A DNA stretch of 64,000 bases from the human T2T-CHM13v2.0 reference genome, Homo sapiens. Below, in pieces: positions 20,771 to 38,634 of the stretch; position 1 is the first letter of the stretch; every line of letters starts with the position of its first letter. The translations under genes were made by a program, and so were the position numbers. The stretch lies in assembly GCF_009914755.1 (NCBI RefSeq), contig NC_060931.1, one strand, 5' to 3'. The notes beneath the pieces were generated by a model. It made no database searches. It saw nothing but the letters and a program-made list of their open reading frames with translations, and was not told where the DNA came from.

Positions 20771-20926
20771 CTTCCTTCCTTCCTTCCTTCCTTCCTTCCT
20801 TCCTTCCTCCATTCTTTGCCTTCCTTCCCTTCCCCTCCCTGCCTCCCTTCCTTCTTCCCTCCCTCCCTCCCTTCCTTCCTCTCTGTCTCTCTGTCTCTCT
20901 CTCTCTCTTTTCCTTCTTTTCTTTCC
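20771..20926. repeat. (CCTT)n/(CT)n polypyrimidine tract
   Basis: Direct read; probably derived from the tail of the adjacent Alu monomer. Confidence 0.95.
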
Positions 20927-21073
20927 TCTTGCTCTGTTGCCCAGGCTCACTGCCCAGGAGTGCAGTGGTGCAATCATAGCTCACTGCAGACTCCAATCCC
21001 TGGGCTCAAGTGATCCTCCTGCCTCAGCCTCCCAAAGCGCTGGGATTACAGGTGTAAACCACTGTTCCCAGAC
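20927..21073 (-). mobile_element. Alu monomer (old, FAM/FRAM/J type)
   Basis: Single antisense arm. Confidence 0.8.
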
Positions 21074-21124
21074 TCCTTTTCATTTTCTTAATGATATATT
21101 TTCATTTTAATTTTCTTAATATAT

Positions 21125-22418
<1,294 letters not shown>

Positions 22419-22572
22419 GCTCATTTCTCAATCAATGGGTGCTGCTGTGTTCTGTGGTTTCGTGGCCAAGGTAGTTGGCACTCCCTTTGGGGGTTGACTG
22501 CCTTCTTTGAGATTGTAGTGTCACTGGCTGTGCCGCCTGCCCCAAGCCTTCATCTTTCTCCATCTGAGATGT

Positions 22573-23088
<516 letters not shown>

Positions 23089-23874
23089 GAAATGTTTCTT
23101 TGGTAAACTGGATTCTAGATGAATATGTTTCATTCTGTTTGCTGGTAGTACAATTTTTATATTTCTTAAAGTGTAAAATCTGCTCCTCGTCTGGTGTTTC
23201 CTATATCAGCTTATTATAATATTGATCTCATGCTTTTACAAGCTAATACCCTCTGTCTTTTTTCTCACATCCAATAGCTGTCCGTAGCTGACTCCCATAA
23301 ACCCCCATCTCCTACAGAAGTTTCTTCTGTCCCTTCTAAGCATAGCCCCTCATGTCTGGCCTAGCACTTTGGAATAGACTCTGAAATTATTTCCATCTCA
23401 TCTCTTACAATACTTGTCATTTTTTAACTCAAATGTGCCTTTTCTTAGGAAAGTGATGTGTCGTTTCGCAGTTCCTAAAAACGTTGAGAGGTTCCTTGGA
23501 CATTGTATCCTAGACTTGGAGAAGGCAAAGTTGTGGTATGATAAGCCGAAGCTTTCTATATTTTATGAATTTTGCCAGATCTTTTCTTTTCCCAAATCTT
23601 GCCCACATCTGTCTACCTTCCTTTTTTTCTAGCATTTTAAGTCTTTACAAAACATTCAACTTGGTTTTTACTGAAACATTAGTAACTGGCTTTCTTTTCT
23701 CACTCACAATGTCATCAATTTATGTAATTTAATATAATTATGCAATTATATAACAAGCACAGCTGGCATGAAGAGGTTTGGGAACAAAACAATAACTGTT
23801 GACAGGTATACAATTCAACTGGCGGGAGCAGAAACGGGCAGACCTACTAGATAAAGGGTGCTTACCACTTGTGA

Positions 23875-24273
<399 letters not shown>

Positions 24274-24654
24274 ACCTCTGTTGTATGTAATTAGCATGTT
24301 AATTGTGATAAATTGGGGAAACAGGGAAAAATGGAAATGAGAAAATAAATTTATCGTAATTCTAAAGCATGAGGATAACATTTTGCTTCTTTTTATCCTG
24401 TCAACATTTTTATATCTTTAAGATCATACTCATGTATAAACACTTGTGTCCTATATGTTCCCTTAACATTTTAATAGGAACATTTTCCCATATTATTAAA
24501 CACCTTATAAACAATTTTAGTTGTTGTATATTCATTCAGTGATTCGTTGAGTTCCTTCAATGATTTTGCCATAAGTCACATTCTCATGTTGCTATAGGCA
24601 GATACATAGTAGGCTGCTTTCAAATTTTTATTATAAACAATGGTGTGATGAACA

Positions 24655-24975
<321 letters not shown>

Positions 24976-25024
24976 TAGTCCTATGTGGAACTTTTAGGCC
25001 AAAAGGTACGGCCTTTTCAAGGAC

Positions 25025-25313
25025 TTTTTATTTTGTTGTTTTTTACAGATAAGTCTCACTCCGTTGCCCAGGCTGTGATGCAGTGGTGTGATGACTCGTA
25101 GCTCATTGTAACCTTGAACTCAAGCGGCCCTTCTGCCTCAGCTTCCTGAGTAGCTGGGACTACAGGTGCATGCCACTATGCCTGGCTAATTAAAACAATT
25201 TTTTTTTTCCGTAGAGATAGGGTCTTGCTATGTTGCCCAGGTTGTTCTCGAACTCCTGGGCTCAAGTGCTCCCCAAGCATTGGGATTACAGGTGTGAGCC
25301 ACTACACTTGGCC
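25025..25313 (-). mobile_element. AluJ
   Basis: Diverged dimer; TSD AAGGACTTTT. Confidence 0.88.
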
Positions 25314-26100
25314 TTAAAGGACTTTTGATATATTTTGTCAAACTGCTTTCCATTAAGTTTATACTTTCACCAGCAATGTATAAAATCTTTGTGTCACCTT
25401 ATCCTCTCCCACAGTGAATAGATATTATAATTTAAAAACCTTGTTAATTTGATAGATTACAATCACACCCTGTTTTAGTTTTTATTTTCTTGATTGGTAA
25501 TGAGATCGAATATTTTTCCAAATATCATTTATTTGCATTTGCATTTTTGTAAAATTTGAGGTCCTGTTTATCTGTTAAAAACCATTTATCAGTTGATTAA
25601 TTCAATTGTTGATTTGCATACATTTTTAATGTCGCGAAGGAATTATCTTTGTCTTTAATATTTATTACGAATATGCTTTCCACAGACTCATTTCTTACCT
25701 TTCAGTGTTGATCAATTTTTTGGATGGGATGGGCAGGGCAGGTTTTACATTTTTTTATGGAGTATTTAAACTTACAAAGTTTTCTGTCATTCAGTGTCTG
25801 AAAAAATATTCAGATTTTTTTCTGGTTTTATTTAAAAATTAATTTCAATTTTTTTGCATGTAACTTTTTTTATACTTGGGAATTGAGTTTCTAACTTGAT
25901 CATTTCCACTTGCTTTAGATAGTTCACCACCATTGGTTGGATAATGCTGCCTTTCCACCTGATTTGTAATCGTCTTTTATTGGGCCCTCAACTGTTACAT
26001 GCACAAAGAAGGATAATTCTTCTGAGGTGTCTATTCTGTTTCAACGTTGTATCTGTACCGAATCATTGCCGCTTTATGTTAATTATAAGATGATATTGGT

Positions 26101-26359
26101 CCCCCCATTTATCGTCTTCCCTTCTCTTCCCCTCCCCTCCCCTTTTCTTTTTCTGTCTTCCCTTCTGCCCTTCCTCTTCTTTCCTTCTTCCCTTCTTCCT
26201 CCTTCCTTCCTTCTTTCTCTTTCCCTCCCTCCCTCCCTTCCTCCCTTTCCTTCCTTCCTTCCTTCCTTCTTTCCTTCCTCCCTCCCTCCCTTCCTTCCTC
26301 CCTCCCTCCCTCCCTTCCTTCCTTCCTTCCTTCCTTCCTTCCTTCCTTCCTTCCTTCCT
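26101..26359. repeat. Complex (CCTT)n/(CCCT)n polypyrimidine tract
   Basis: About 250 bp nearly free of purines on +. Confidence 0.97.
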
Positions 26360-26593
26360 GTTGCTATGCCTCTTTTTGGTCACACCTTCCATTTATTGGA
26401 ATTCTTACTTTCGTTATTCTTTCAAAGATCAGTAACATTCCTAAAGGAAAGGTAAATAAATAATGTATTTTCAGAGATCTTGTTTTATATTTTTCCTTTG
26501 CCTTTATATATTTGGCTAACTATGGAAGGCCTTTGTTAGAATCTTTCCCCTGAATGCTATGGGCATTTGATATTGCTGTGTATGAATTGAGTT

Positions 26594-26637
26594 CATCCAT
26601 CCATCCATCCATCCATCCATCCATTCATCCATCCATC
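26594..26637. repeat. (CCAT)n microsatellite
   Basis: Direct read. Confidence 0.95.
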
Positions 26638-26811
26638 CAGAATGAGCTACACAATATGTCGGGTCCAAAGAAAAATGAGAATGTGAGCTCCTTGCTCAAC
26701 AATTATTAATAATTTCAATATGATAAACGAGGTTCATTAAACTAAAGGCAGGACTCTTCTGAATATAGGGCTCCATGTGACTGCATGAAGTCACCCGTGA
26801 AGTCAGCCTTG
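26638..26811 (-). mobile_element. MER91-like hAT-Tip100 element
   Basis: AATTATTAATAATTTCAA...CATGTGACTGCATGAAGTCACCCGTGAAGTCAGCCTTG; CATCCATC on both sides as 8-bp TSD. Confidence 0.55.
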
Positions 26812-26819
26812 CATCCATC

Positions 26820-27520
26820 CATCCATTCATCCATGGATACCCATCCTGTGGATGCTTACTGAACACCCAGTATGTGTTGTGTGCTTTGAGGGAAAGAAAC
26901 CTCAGTCTAGTGGAGGACACAGTTAGTGATGATGCAAGTGTGCACAGGATGCACAGAGGAGAGAGAACTCCACCAGACCCAGCTGCCAGAGACAGCTTTC
27001 TGGAGGAGGTGATATTTACACTGATGTGTCCAAAGCTTTTGCTCTGATTGATGTGGAGAGGCTTAGGAGGGTTTTGAACTCAAAAGGAGTGACATGCTCC
27101 AATTCAAGTGCTTTGTAAGGATGACTCTACTGCATGGAAGACGCACTGTGGAGGACAAGTGTAGAAGCAGTTAGGAAGCTATTGCAATGATCCAGGCAAG
27201 GGAAGATGGAAATGGCAACTTGGATATGTTTGGAGGTAGTGAGAAGTGGTCAGATCCTGAATATATTTTGAAGAAAGCACTGTTAAGATGTGTTGATGAA
27301 ATGGATATGAGGTATAAGAGAAAGAGAGTAGTTAAGAATGACTTCCAGATTTTCCAATCTGATCAATTAGAAAAATGATGCCATTCACTGAGACAGGGAA
27401 GACTTGCAGGGGAACAGTTTGGGAGAGATGAAACATTCAATTTTGGATGCACTGTTTCTGATGCTTATTAAACAACCAAGTGGAGATGTTGTCCAGAGAG
27501 TTGGATGTACTATTCTAGAT
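26820..27520 (-). mobile_element. L2 LINE fragment
   Basis: GTTAGGAAGCTATTGCAATGATCCAGGCAAG...GCCATTCACTGAGACAGGGAAGAC. Confidence 0.8.
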
Positions 27521-28352
27521 CTAGGTTTGGTTTACATGGGGGAAGAGTAGGGAGGGAAGAGGCTTTGCCTATGAGGTTGCTACAGAAGAGTAGAGAGGAA
27601 AGACCTTTTTGATAAAATGTTCTTGGTGACTGATTGGATGTGAAGAATAAGGAAGCAGATTCAGAAAATGAAACTGACCAGTCTTTAAGGCCCCTTTTCC
27701 CTAATCACGAGCCAAACAGGGGGATTGGATTTTGGAGTCATAGTTACTTCTTTTGGAAAGAGCTTGTCTTGGAACCGTTTCTTCTAGTTTAGATTCCTGT
27801 GGCAGATGGTGAAAGTAATTTCTTGATATTTGTTTGCGATGAAGAGAGAATGTGCTGTCACCGAAATGTTGAATTATTAATGATTGAGGAGGAAATGACT
27901 TCTTTCAGAAACACCAATTCTGAAGGCCTCTTAGATAGAGGCCAGATAGTAAATTACCTCTTTCAGTGACAGAACTAAAGAGTTGATGCAGATCGAAAAG
28001 GGATGTAGTGATTGCCATCTGTGGGTCCGGAATCAATGTAATATTTATGGGATTCAGCACATTTTAGAATCTCATCTTTGCTCATAGTATCCATTACTGC
28101 TATTACCTTTTAGTAGCTGTTTTACAAGAATCAGAAAGTACTGTAGAGACTGTCTGCCATTTATGGAAGAAGGCTGGGTACTCTAGAACCAATGGATTTA
28201 GAGTGGAAACAGAGCATTTCTGTTATCGAGGAAAGAGCTAAACGGGTCCCAGGTCACTCTGATCCAACCTTGGGAGACAGTGCTGCCTGTGTCTGGCTAT
28301 CTTGTCCTAGGAGTGTTGGTGAATTATGCATGGAAAAAGTCATGTAGTTGTC

Positions 28353-28719
28353 TGGATTAGTCAATTTTCACACTGCTATAAAGATACTACCCGAGACTGC
28401 ATTATTTATAAAGAAAGGAGGTTTAATTGACTCACAGTTCTGCATGGCTGGGAGGCCTCAGGAAACTTACATTCATGGTGGAAGCTGAAGGGGAAGCAAG
28501 GCACGTCTTACATGGAAGCAGGAGACAGAGAGAAGCAGGGAAGTGCCTGACATTTATCAGACAACCAGATCTTGTGAGAACTCACTCACTATCATGAGAA
28601 CAGCAAGGGAGAAGTCCACCCCCATGATCGAATCACCTCCCACTAGGATCCTCCCTCGACTCGTGGGGATCACAATTTGAGATGAGATTTGGGTGGGGAC
28701 ACAGAGCCAAACTATATCA
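28353..28719 (-). mobile_element. THE1D-like MaLR solo LTR
   Basis: GAGGCCTCAGGAAACTTAC...GGGGACACAGAGCCAAACTATATCA; exact 5-bp TSD TTGTC. Confidence 0.88.
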
Positions 28720-29500
28720 TTGTCCCCTTTCAAAATTAAGAGAAATTTTTGCAGAGAAGGGAAATAGTGAGGAAGTGCACTTAAGTGGGACTTGCAACAT
28801 GTGGTTCTGTCTTCAACACGAAATTCAATAAGGGGGAAGCGACCACAGAACCAACACATTTTCAAACAGTGTGGTAACCTGGTGAGTGTGTGTGTGTGCA
28901 TGTGACAAGGTACTTATTTTATCCTGCTGTCAGTCATTCATTCACTTTTAAAGATGAGGTTATCTAAAGACGATTGCTGAGCTCTGAAATGAATTAAAAC
29001 CCGTCTTATTTCCAGCCAGTGATTTAAATATTGTATAGCTCATTTATAATTGAATAAAATTGTGGTGGCTCTTTGTGGATTTTTGAAGTCATCTTCTCTA
29101 AGAAGCCTGTTTTGTTTTCTCTTTTTGAAATAAACATGAATTTGCATAAGAAGCAAGGAGTCTCTGAAAGAAATCAATAAAATTAACTGGAATTTGATTT
29201 CACATTTTGAATGCATTACATCTTTCTATTAGGGGAGATATAAGAGAAGCTGAGGCTCATAAAAAAGTGACCTACTTGAAGAAGATGAATATTTAAAATA
29301 AGAGCTTTAAAAATAATTTGCTTCGCATTGGTGGACCATAGCTCAAAATAACAGAAAGCCTAACAGAAAGACAGGTTTTTCAGGGATTGGGAAGGGCAGC
29401 TGGCACTGTCTTGAGGGCAATACTTGAAGTACCCAGGGTGGTTTGGAGTCTGAAAATCCGAGTTCAAGTTCTGGCACTGCTACTTAGTTTATTTGAGATA

Positions 29501-29866
29501 TGTATTAGTCTGTTTTCACACTGCCGATAAAGTCATACCTGGGACTGGGTAATTTACAAAAGAAAGAAGTTTAATGGACTCATAGTTCCACGTGGCTAGG
29601 GAGGCCTCACAAACATGGCAGAAGGTGAAAGGCACGTTTCACATGGCGGCAGACAAGAGGAGAGAGAAGAGAGTTTGTGCAGGGAGACTCCCCTTTATAA
29701 AATCACCAGATCTTGTGAGATTTACTCACTGTCACGACAATAGCACCGGAAAGATCTGCCCCCATGATTCAGTTATCTCCCACCGGGTCCCTCATGGGAC
29801 ACATGGGAATTATGGAAGCTACAATTCAAGATGAGTTTTGGGTGGGGACACAGCCAAACCATGTCA
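29501..29866 (-). mobile_element. THE1B-like MaLR solo LTR
   Basis: TGTATTAGTC...GGGGACACAGCCAAACCATGTCA; exact TSD AGATA. Confidence 0.9.
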
Positions 29867-31084
29867 AGATACATGTTTTCGTTTTGACCCTTAAAACGAT
29901 TTTCCTTTGTATTGCAAATGAAATTTGCTTTACTTGACGTTAATGTTGAAATTAAACCTGTTTAATTTCTATAGGTGCAGAATTGAACCGAGACTTTAGG
30001 AGTTCAGGTCAAGCTAGTTCCTTAGGTTTGAAGGGCTGAGTAGGTGGAGTATGTGACTATGTAAATAAACCTCCCTGACTGGGTGAGGCAGCGCCCTCTC
30101 TGGAGTCAGTGTGCAAGGATGTTAGTGAAAGCTGCTCTTTTTTTTTTCCTCCTTAAACTCTCTTCACCTCTTGTTTGCAAGGGCCCTCTGTAAATGGGTC
30201 ATGTACCACGCAATGCATAAGTATTCAGAAAGGTGCTTCCTGCATGTCCTTCTGAAGAGCTGTGCTTTGCAGAGTTTTTGTGACTTCATCGTTCAAATGC
30301 AATGTGCACATCTGTTGATTTTTCTTTGCAAATGGACGTTGGCGCTCAATGTAGAGCAGCCTTGTAGCGCTAAAGGAAAGTTCTCTGTTCAGCTAAATAC
30401 TGCGTGTGCTTGGGCAAGTAGTTCTGAATTTCCTCATGAATAACATGGAGAAAATGCCTATCAGATTTGTTCAGAAATCCACCTCTCTTTATTATTTACT
30501 TGGGCTTTAAGTTTTATTTTAAAAGAGTTTTATTGAGGTATAATTGACATACTAAAAACTGCACGTTTAAAGGGTACAATTTGATAAGCTTTGACATATG
30601 CATGCACCAGTGAAATCATCCGCATGATCAAGATAGTGACGCATCCATCACCCCCAAAAGACTGTGCCTCGACTCATCCGTCGTGTCTTCCTGTCCCTGC
30701 CATCCCTCTTTACTGAGGCAACCACTGATCTGCCTCCTGCCTCTACAGATAAGTTTGCCTCTTTCTAGAGTTTAACATACATGGAATAATATAGCACATA
30801 TTCTTTTTTGTCTGACTTCTTTCACTCTGCATAATTGCAGTGTATCCATCGTTTATTTACTTTTATTACTAACTATATTCCATTATATGGCTATACCACA
30901 GTTTGTTTACCCATTCTCTTGTTGAGGGCCATGTGTATTGTCTCCAGATTGTAGCTATTTCCAGTGAAACTGTCATGTACTAAATAATCTTTGCATAGAT
31001 ATATGCTTTTTTTTTCCCCTAGGTAAACACCTAGATACCTAGGAGTGGAATGGCTAGATCTTTTAGTAAGTGTGTATTTAACTG

Positions 31085-31373
31085 TTTTTTTTAAAAGACA
31101 AAGTTTTGTTATGTCACTCAGGCTGGAGTACAGTGGCGTGACCATAGCTCACTGCAGCTCAAGTGATCCTTCCACCTCAGCCTCCCCAGTAGCTGGGACT
31201 ACAGTTACACACAACCATGCCTGGCTAAGTACTTTTTTTTTTTTTTTTTTTTTTGGAGAGACAGGGTCTCTCTGTGTTGCCCAGGCTGTTCTCAAACTCC
31301 TGGCCTCAAGTGATTACCTCTCCTTGGCTTCCCAAAGTGCTGGGATTACAGACATGAACCACTGTGCCTGGCC
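31085..31373 (-). mobile_element. AluJ
   Basis: Antisense dimer, CATAGCTCACTGCAG. Confidence 0.88.
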
Positions 31374-31696
31374 TTTTCTTACTTTTGAAGAACTGTTTTT
31401 TCCGTTTTATATTCCCACCAGCCATATAGGCAAGTTCCAGTTCCTCCGAATCCTTGTCTAGACTTTTACATTTTAGCATTTTAATGTGTGTAGTGATAGC
31501 ACTTTGTTCAAATTTCATGTCCCAGGTGACTAATGATGTTGATCGTATTTTTATGTGTTTATTTGTCATTTGTATAGCTTCTTCAGGAAATTTCCGTTCA
31601 AATCATTGCCCATTTTCTTTTTCTAGTTTTTCTTTTTTTGTTACTGAGTTTTGAGAGTTCTTTATGTATTCTAGGAGGAAGTACCTTATCAGATAG

Positions 31697-32155
<459 letters not shown>

Positions 32156-32478
32156 TTCCTTTTATAAGTGTTATAGTTTTAGGTTTTACATTTATAACTG
32201 TGATCTATTTTCGTATATGATGCAAGCTATGGCTCGAAATGTATTTTTAAGTTTTTACATATAGATATCCAGTTGTTCCAGCACAAATTTCTTGTGCCTT
32301 TGTCAAAAATTTATTGTCCATGTATGTCTAGGTAGGGTTTTGGACTCTGTATTCTGTCCATTGCTGTGTTTGTCTGTATTTGCAGTGATACCACACTGCC
32401 TTGATTAGTTTTATAAGAAGTCTTGTAATCAGGTAATGCTGGTCCTCCAACTTTGTATTTTAACATTTTCTATATTTG

Positions 32479-32770
<292 letters not shown>

Positions 32771-32885
32771 AAATTCTATATTTAAGGTGTACCGTAACAT
32801 GACGTTTTTATATACTCATATATAGTGAATTAAATATTTAATACTATAGTCAAGCAAATTAACACATCCATCAGCTCACATAGTT

Positions 32886-32887
<2 letters not shown>

Positions 32888-32922
<35 letters not shown>
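32888..32922. repeat. (TG)n microsatellite
   Basis: Direct read. Confidence 0.95.
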
Positions 32923-32923
<1 letters not shown>

Positions 32924-33370
32924 TAAGAGCACCTAAAATCTACTCTCTTAGCAAGTTTCAAATATACAGTATTAATAACTTTTTTAAAAAGTTGTTTTGA
33001 TTGCTTTAGGTCCTTTGCATTTCTGTGTGAATTTTGGGACCAGTTAATTTCTGCAGGTGGGGATAAACTCTACCTGTCCATCTTTTAAATGTATTGTTGA
33101 ATTTGATTGCTGACATTTTGTTTAGAATGACTGTGTCTGTGTGTCCTCTGGCTGGTAGCGACAGAGGCTGTCCCTGGCCCTGTGAGAGTCCAGGCACTGT
33201 CACCTCTAATCCTTTGGGGTGGGTCCTTTCTCCCAGCCTGGGGTCTTGTTTTTCGTTCTGATGATGTGATCAGTATCCAGCTCACTGACTGAATGGGAAC
33301 CACTACAGATCTCTGGAGTTCTCCCTCTGTGCAGCTTTCTCCTCCAAACTCCTTAGTCCTACAGATTCTA

Positions 33371-33413
33371 TTAGGTTGTTGCAAAAGTAATTACGATTTT
33401 TGCACCCACCTAA
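33371..33413. mobile_element. MADE1 (Hsmar1-derived MITE), internally deleted
   Basis: TA-TTAGGTTGTTGCAAAAGTAATT...TTTTGCACCCACCTAA-TA. Confidence 0.8.
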
Positions 33414-33530
33414 TAGCTGCCTCGATCTCCTTGCAATCCTCATCTCTATCTGCTCAGCTCAGGGAGTCCGCCAGCATCCCCCCTAGGCTCTCTTTTCCTA
33501 CCGTGCATCCTGGGAACCCTCTCAAGGTAG

Positions 33531-34042
<512 letters not shown>

Positions 34043-34160
34043 TTGGTGTACTTTTAGATTGGATTGTTGCCCTACACTTTTTGTATGTGAGTGCAAGTTG
34101 TGTCCTACCAGAGTCCCTTTCTTAGTATTAAATTGATAACACTTTATCTTACCTTCATCA

Positions 34161-34287
34161 TTTTTTTTTTTTTAGATGGGGTCTTGCTATGCTGTCAAGG
34201 CTGGTCTCAAACTCCTGGGATCAAGTGATCCTTTCACCTCATCCTCCACATAGCTGGGACTACAGATGCCAGCCACTGTGTCTGGAT
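34161..34287 (-). mobile_element. FLAM Alu monomer
   Basis: Single short arm after poly-T. Confidence 0.8.
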
Positions 34288-34504
34288 CTATTGTTTGTCT
34301 CTGTCATTTGACTGTCTTGTCCTTGAGGATTGTGGCTGAGTCTTATTTACATCTTGCCTTGATAGTGAATGTTGTGTAATGAATGAATGAATGAAAGTGA
34401 ATGAATATTTTCACTTCCATAAGAATATCCAGGATGCTGTTTTTTTCCTCCCCCTTCAAAGATGTAGATCGAGAAGGGATATGTTCAGTTTAAAAGTTGA
34501 AGCT

Positions 34505-34822
34505 TTATTTTTTATTATTTATTTATTTATTTATTTATTTGAGACAGAGTCTCACTCTGTCACCCAGGCTGTAGAGCAGTGGTGCCATCTCGGCTCACCG
34601 CAACCTCTGCCTCCCGGGTTCGAGCGATTCTCCTGCTTCAGCTTCCTGAGTAGCTGTGATTACAGGCACATGCGATCACCCCTGGCTAATTTTTGTATTT
34701 TTAGTAGAGACGGGGTTTCACTATGTTGGCTAGGCTGGTTTTGAACTCCTGACCTCAGGAGATCCTCCCACCTCGGCCTCCCAAAGTGCTGGGATTACAG
34801 GCATGAGTCACTGCACCTGGCC
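34505..34822 (-). mobile_element. AluS
   Basis: (TTTA)n tail; TSD TGAAGCTTTATTT. Confidence 0.93.
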
Positions 34823-35418
34823 TGAAGCTTTATTTAAAAAGTAGCTTATTTTGAATTTTGAGTGTGTGTGTACATGTGTGTTTGTCCTGATAAGGGATGC
34901 TTGATATTTTAACACTGGCAAAGGGATGGCTGATTGGGAGTTAAATTGCCCCCCAAATAATTCAAGGTGTATTATACATTTCTCCCAAGGAGATACAGAT
35001 CTGGGGTCATATGATTTCGAACTTTGCTTTTTAATGAAAGTTGATTAAACAAATGCCATTTTACTTTATAGCTATTTTAAATAACCTGTGCTGTTTAGTT
35101 CTTTTTTTTCCCTGTTTTTCATCTTTATTGCTAGGTAGGTCAGAGGCAGAATTTCCCAAACATGTGATTAGTAGGACACCTCTCTGGGAATTTTTTTTTC
35201 CCTTAAGGTGACTTAAAATGAGTTTGAGGAAGAAACAGGACAAGGGTAAAAATTTAAAAGAAGCCGTATATCTCTGAATAATTCTTTTAGAAAGATAATT
35301 TAAGTCTCGTTAGAAATCTTTGATTTCCAATTACTCAAAAGTGGATGTGCTCAATATCAGTGTTGTTCAGTTTTCTGTGCTTTGTGAAGTTAGCTATTAT
35401 AGAATGTAAAACGTAAAA

Positions 35419-35710
35419 TGCTTGGGCATGTTGGCCCACACCTGTAATCCCAGTGCTCTGGGAGGCCAAGGCGAGGGAATTGCTTGAGGCCAGGAGTTCA
35501 AGACCAGCCTGAGCAACATAGTGAGACACTCCCCCATAAAAAAATTAAAAATAAAAATTAGCCAGGAGTAGCTGTTACTGGGGACGATGAGGCGGGAAGA
35601 TGGCTTGAGCCTGGCAGTTCAGTGTTGCAGTCAGCTATGATTGCACCACTGCACTCTAGCCTGGGCAACAGAGCAAGACCCTGTCTCCAAAAACCAAAAC
35701 AAAACAAAAG
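35419..35710 (+). mobile_element. AluJ
   Basis: GCAACATAGTGAGAC; TSD AAACGTAAAA. Confidence 0.88.
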
Positions 35711-36370
35711 AAGAATATGAAACGTAAAACAAATGTAGACAAATGTGTATCCCACCGTAATGGAATTTGTTGTGTAGTGCCAAAGGATTTTTATATTCTG
35801 AAGTTTCTGTGCTATTTACTTTTGCTTTATTTACAGAAGATTCTGGGATGTTGCCAAGGATAACTAGGAATTGCTTGTAACTATATTGGAAATACACACG
35901 ATGAGGTTGAATGTGGAAATGCAGCTGCATGTGTTGTAAATCAGTCCTAGAGCTGCTGCTGGGCTTGGTGATAGCTTTTCTTTAACTAACTTCGGTGATC
36001 ACATTTGTAAAGAGATGGGCAATATCATGAAGAATGGAGGGTTACAAATTTCTGAACAACTTGAGTGAAAGTTTCTAGAGTGTTTTCCTTGACTATTTTT
36101 GACTTTCCGTCGTTTGAGATTTACTTTCCAGAAAGGATGCACCCTCCCACCCCCAGCCCACCTATCCAATCTTCAGGATTAATTCTTTTCAGCTCTTGGG
36201 TTACCTGGGGGTGGTAATGTGAGAGGGATTTTATGGAAGGGAATTAAGGAATAGGTGGAAGAAAACCACATAGGACAGATGGGAAACAGAATATATGAAG
36301 AATATGAGAGGAGGGCGAAGAAGTGAGAAGGAGAAGTTAAGGTGTGTGTGTTCATCATAACTATGGATGA

Positions 36371-36666
36371 GGCTGGGTGCAGTGGCTCACGCTTGTAATC
36401 CCAGCACTTTGAGAGGCCAAGGTGGGAGGATTGCTTGAGCTCAGGAGTTGGAGACTAGCTGGGGCAACATAGTGAGACCCCATCTCTACAAAAAATGAAC
36501 CAGGCATGGTATGTGCACCTGCGGACCCAGCTACTCAGGAGACTGAGACAGGAGGATTGCTTGAGCCCAGAAGTTCAAGGCTGCAGTGAGTTATGATCTC
36601 ACCACCACTGTATTGCAGCCCGGGTGACAGACACTCTGTCTTAAAAAAAAAAAGAAAAAAAAAAAA
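36371..36666 (+). mobile_element. AluJ
   Basis: Full dimer; TSD AACTATGGATGA. Confidence 0.92.
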
Positions 36667-37680
36667 GAACTATGGATGAAGCTAGCTAGACTTAGGAACA
36701 GACTCTAAGAACCCTGAAATAAACCTTTTCTGTCTCTAATGTGATCTGTGATGTTTGGTTATCCCCAGAGCAATGGATAGAGGCCATCACAACTGCTCAG
36801 TCCAGAAGACACCGTAAGGACCACTCCTGTGGAGTGGGAGCTACCAGGGCAAGAGTTTATCACCAACAGTGCCTTGGACCTAATAGTAACTTCATAAATG
36901 TTTACTGGATAGATATAAGTCCCCTAGCCTTGGAATTGCTCTGAAACCCAGGATTTCTTAATAAATGAAGTAATCTGATAACTGAGATAAGCAGTTTTGG
37001 GTGGCTTTGAAATGTCCTCATACTCCTGTTTGCTTTGAAATGGGACTTTTGAAATGAGGTGTTGTTCTGTCCCAAAGGAGAGAAGAGAGACTGTGGAAGA
37101 ACTGATGACAGGAACAGCAAAACTGAGAGAAGGAAAATGGGGCCAGGAGAGGAGCAGATGCTAGAATGGGGTTTGGGTTTTCTTGGCACTCCAAAGCTCC
37201 TGTATATTTATTGCTATCCTGATTATGATTGCTCGGTTTTAAGAAGGTAGAAGTCTTTTCTGGCTGTAAGCCTACCTGTCTCAACACAATGTAGCTGCTG
37301 GACGCTGGCCCTGGACACTGACATGCCTGTTCCAGGAGAACCTGGAGGGGTGTTATATATTGATTTGGTTGTTTCTTTGAGTCTCAGATGCGGAAGTGCA
37401 CTGGGGACCCTCAGGGACCGTCAGGGTTTGGCAGAATGGTTCTACATGTGCACCCTGGTATCTCCAGCCATGTCAGTGTGAATGAAGACAGAGATTTTGT
37501 ACTCTTGGGGTCATAGCGTGACTGGAGGCTGCATCTCTTGGGCTGTGCATATTGTGATAAGGTGATGGGTATTGTTGCTTACTGGGAGGAGAAAGTATTA
37601 GTTTACTTATGACTTTTAATATTAGTTTAGTGGTGATTTCTAATATTACTGTCTTTCTTATTAAAAGCAAGCCACTCAAT

Positions 37681-38039
<359 letters not shown>

Positions 38040-38634
38040 TTATGTCCTTAATATCAGAGCAGTACTTGGCACAGAGTAAGCATTCAATAAATGCAGTTGA
38101 ATGCATGAGTCTGTTGAATATATGAGTGCACTGAATGGGAGGTCAGGAGAGAAAACTGGGAAGAGGAGGACTAAATACACTTGTGTCTGAACCAACTTCT
38201 TCTGTTTCCACTGTTTTCTTGGAGGCGACTCAAGAGATTCTTCAGTTCCCTGGCACAGTGCCAGGCATGGAGTTGACAAGGACGGGTAAAGCCCTTGAGG
38301 GGCTCATAGACAGGAGAGGGTTTGGGATACGTAACCCATAGCCTCTCAGAGTGCTACTGTGGGCTCTGCTCCAGGTGCCCGGGGAGTCCTGGCAGATCTC
38401 CAGGGTCAGGGAGGCCTCAGAGGAAGGGACATCTGAGCTGAGTGTTGATACCTTCATAGGTTAGCGGAGAAAGAAGCCGGGGGGAGTTCCTCTAAGCAGA
38501 GGCCATGACCGCACATTGGCACTGGGGTGTGAGATGTCAGGGGTCTGCACATGGTTAGGCCGGCCTGGGGCTCTGGGGACCTGTGGGGAAGGTGGTTCTG
38601 ACAGCAGAAGCCAAATGAAGAAGAGGCTGGTGTG

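Noticed and set aside
28353-29866. Two co-oriented THE1 LTRs as one provirus
   Set aside because: They are different subfamilies, each has its own 5-bp TSD (TTGTC, AGATA), and the DNA between them is not THE1 internal sequence.
29975-30007. Possible exon after acceptor TTTAATTTCTATAG
   Set aside because: The nearby donors (GTCAAG, GTTTGA) are weak, so support is insufficient.
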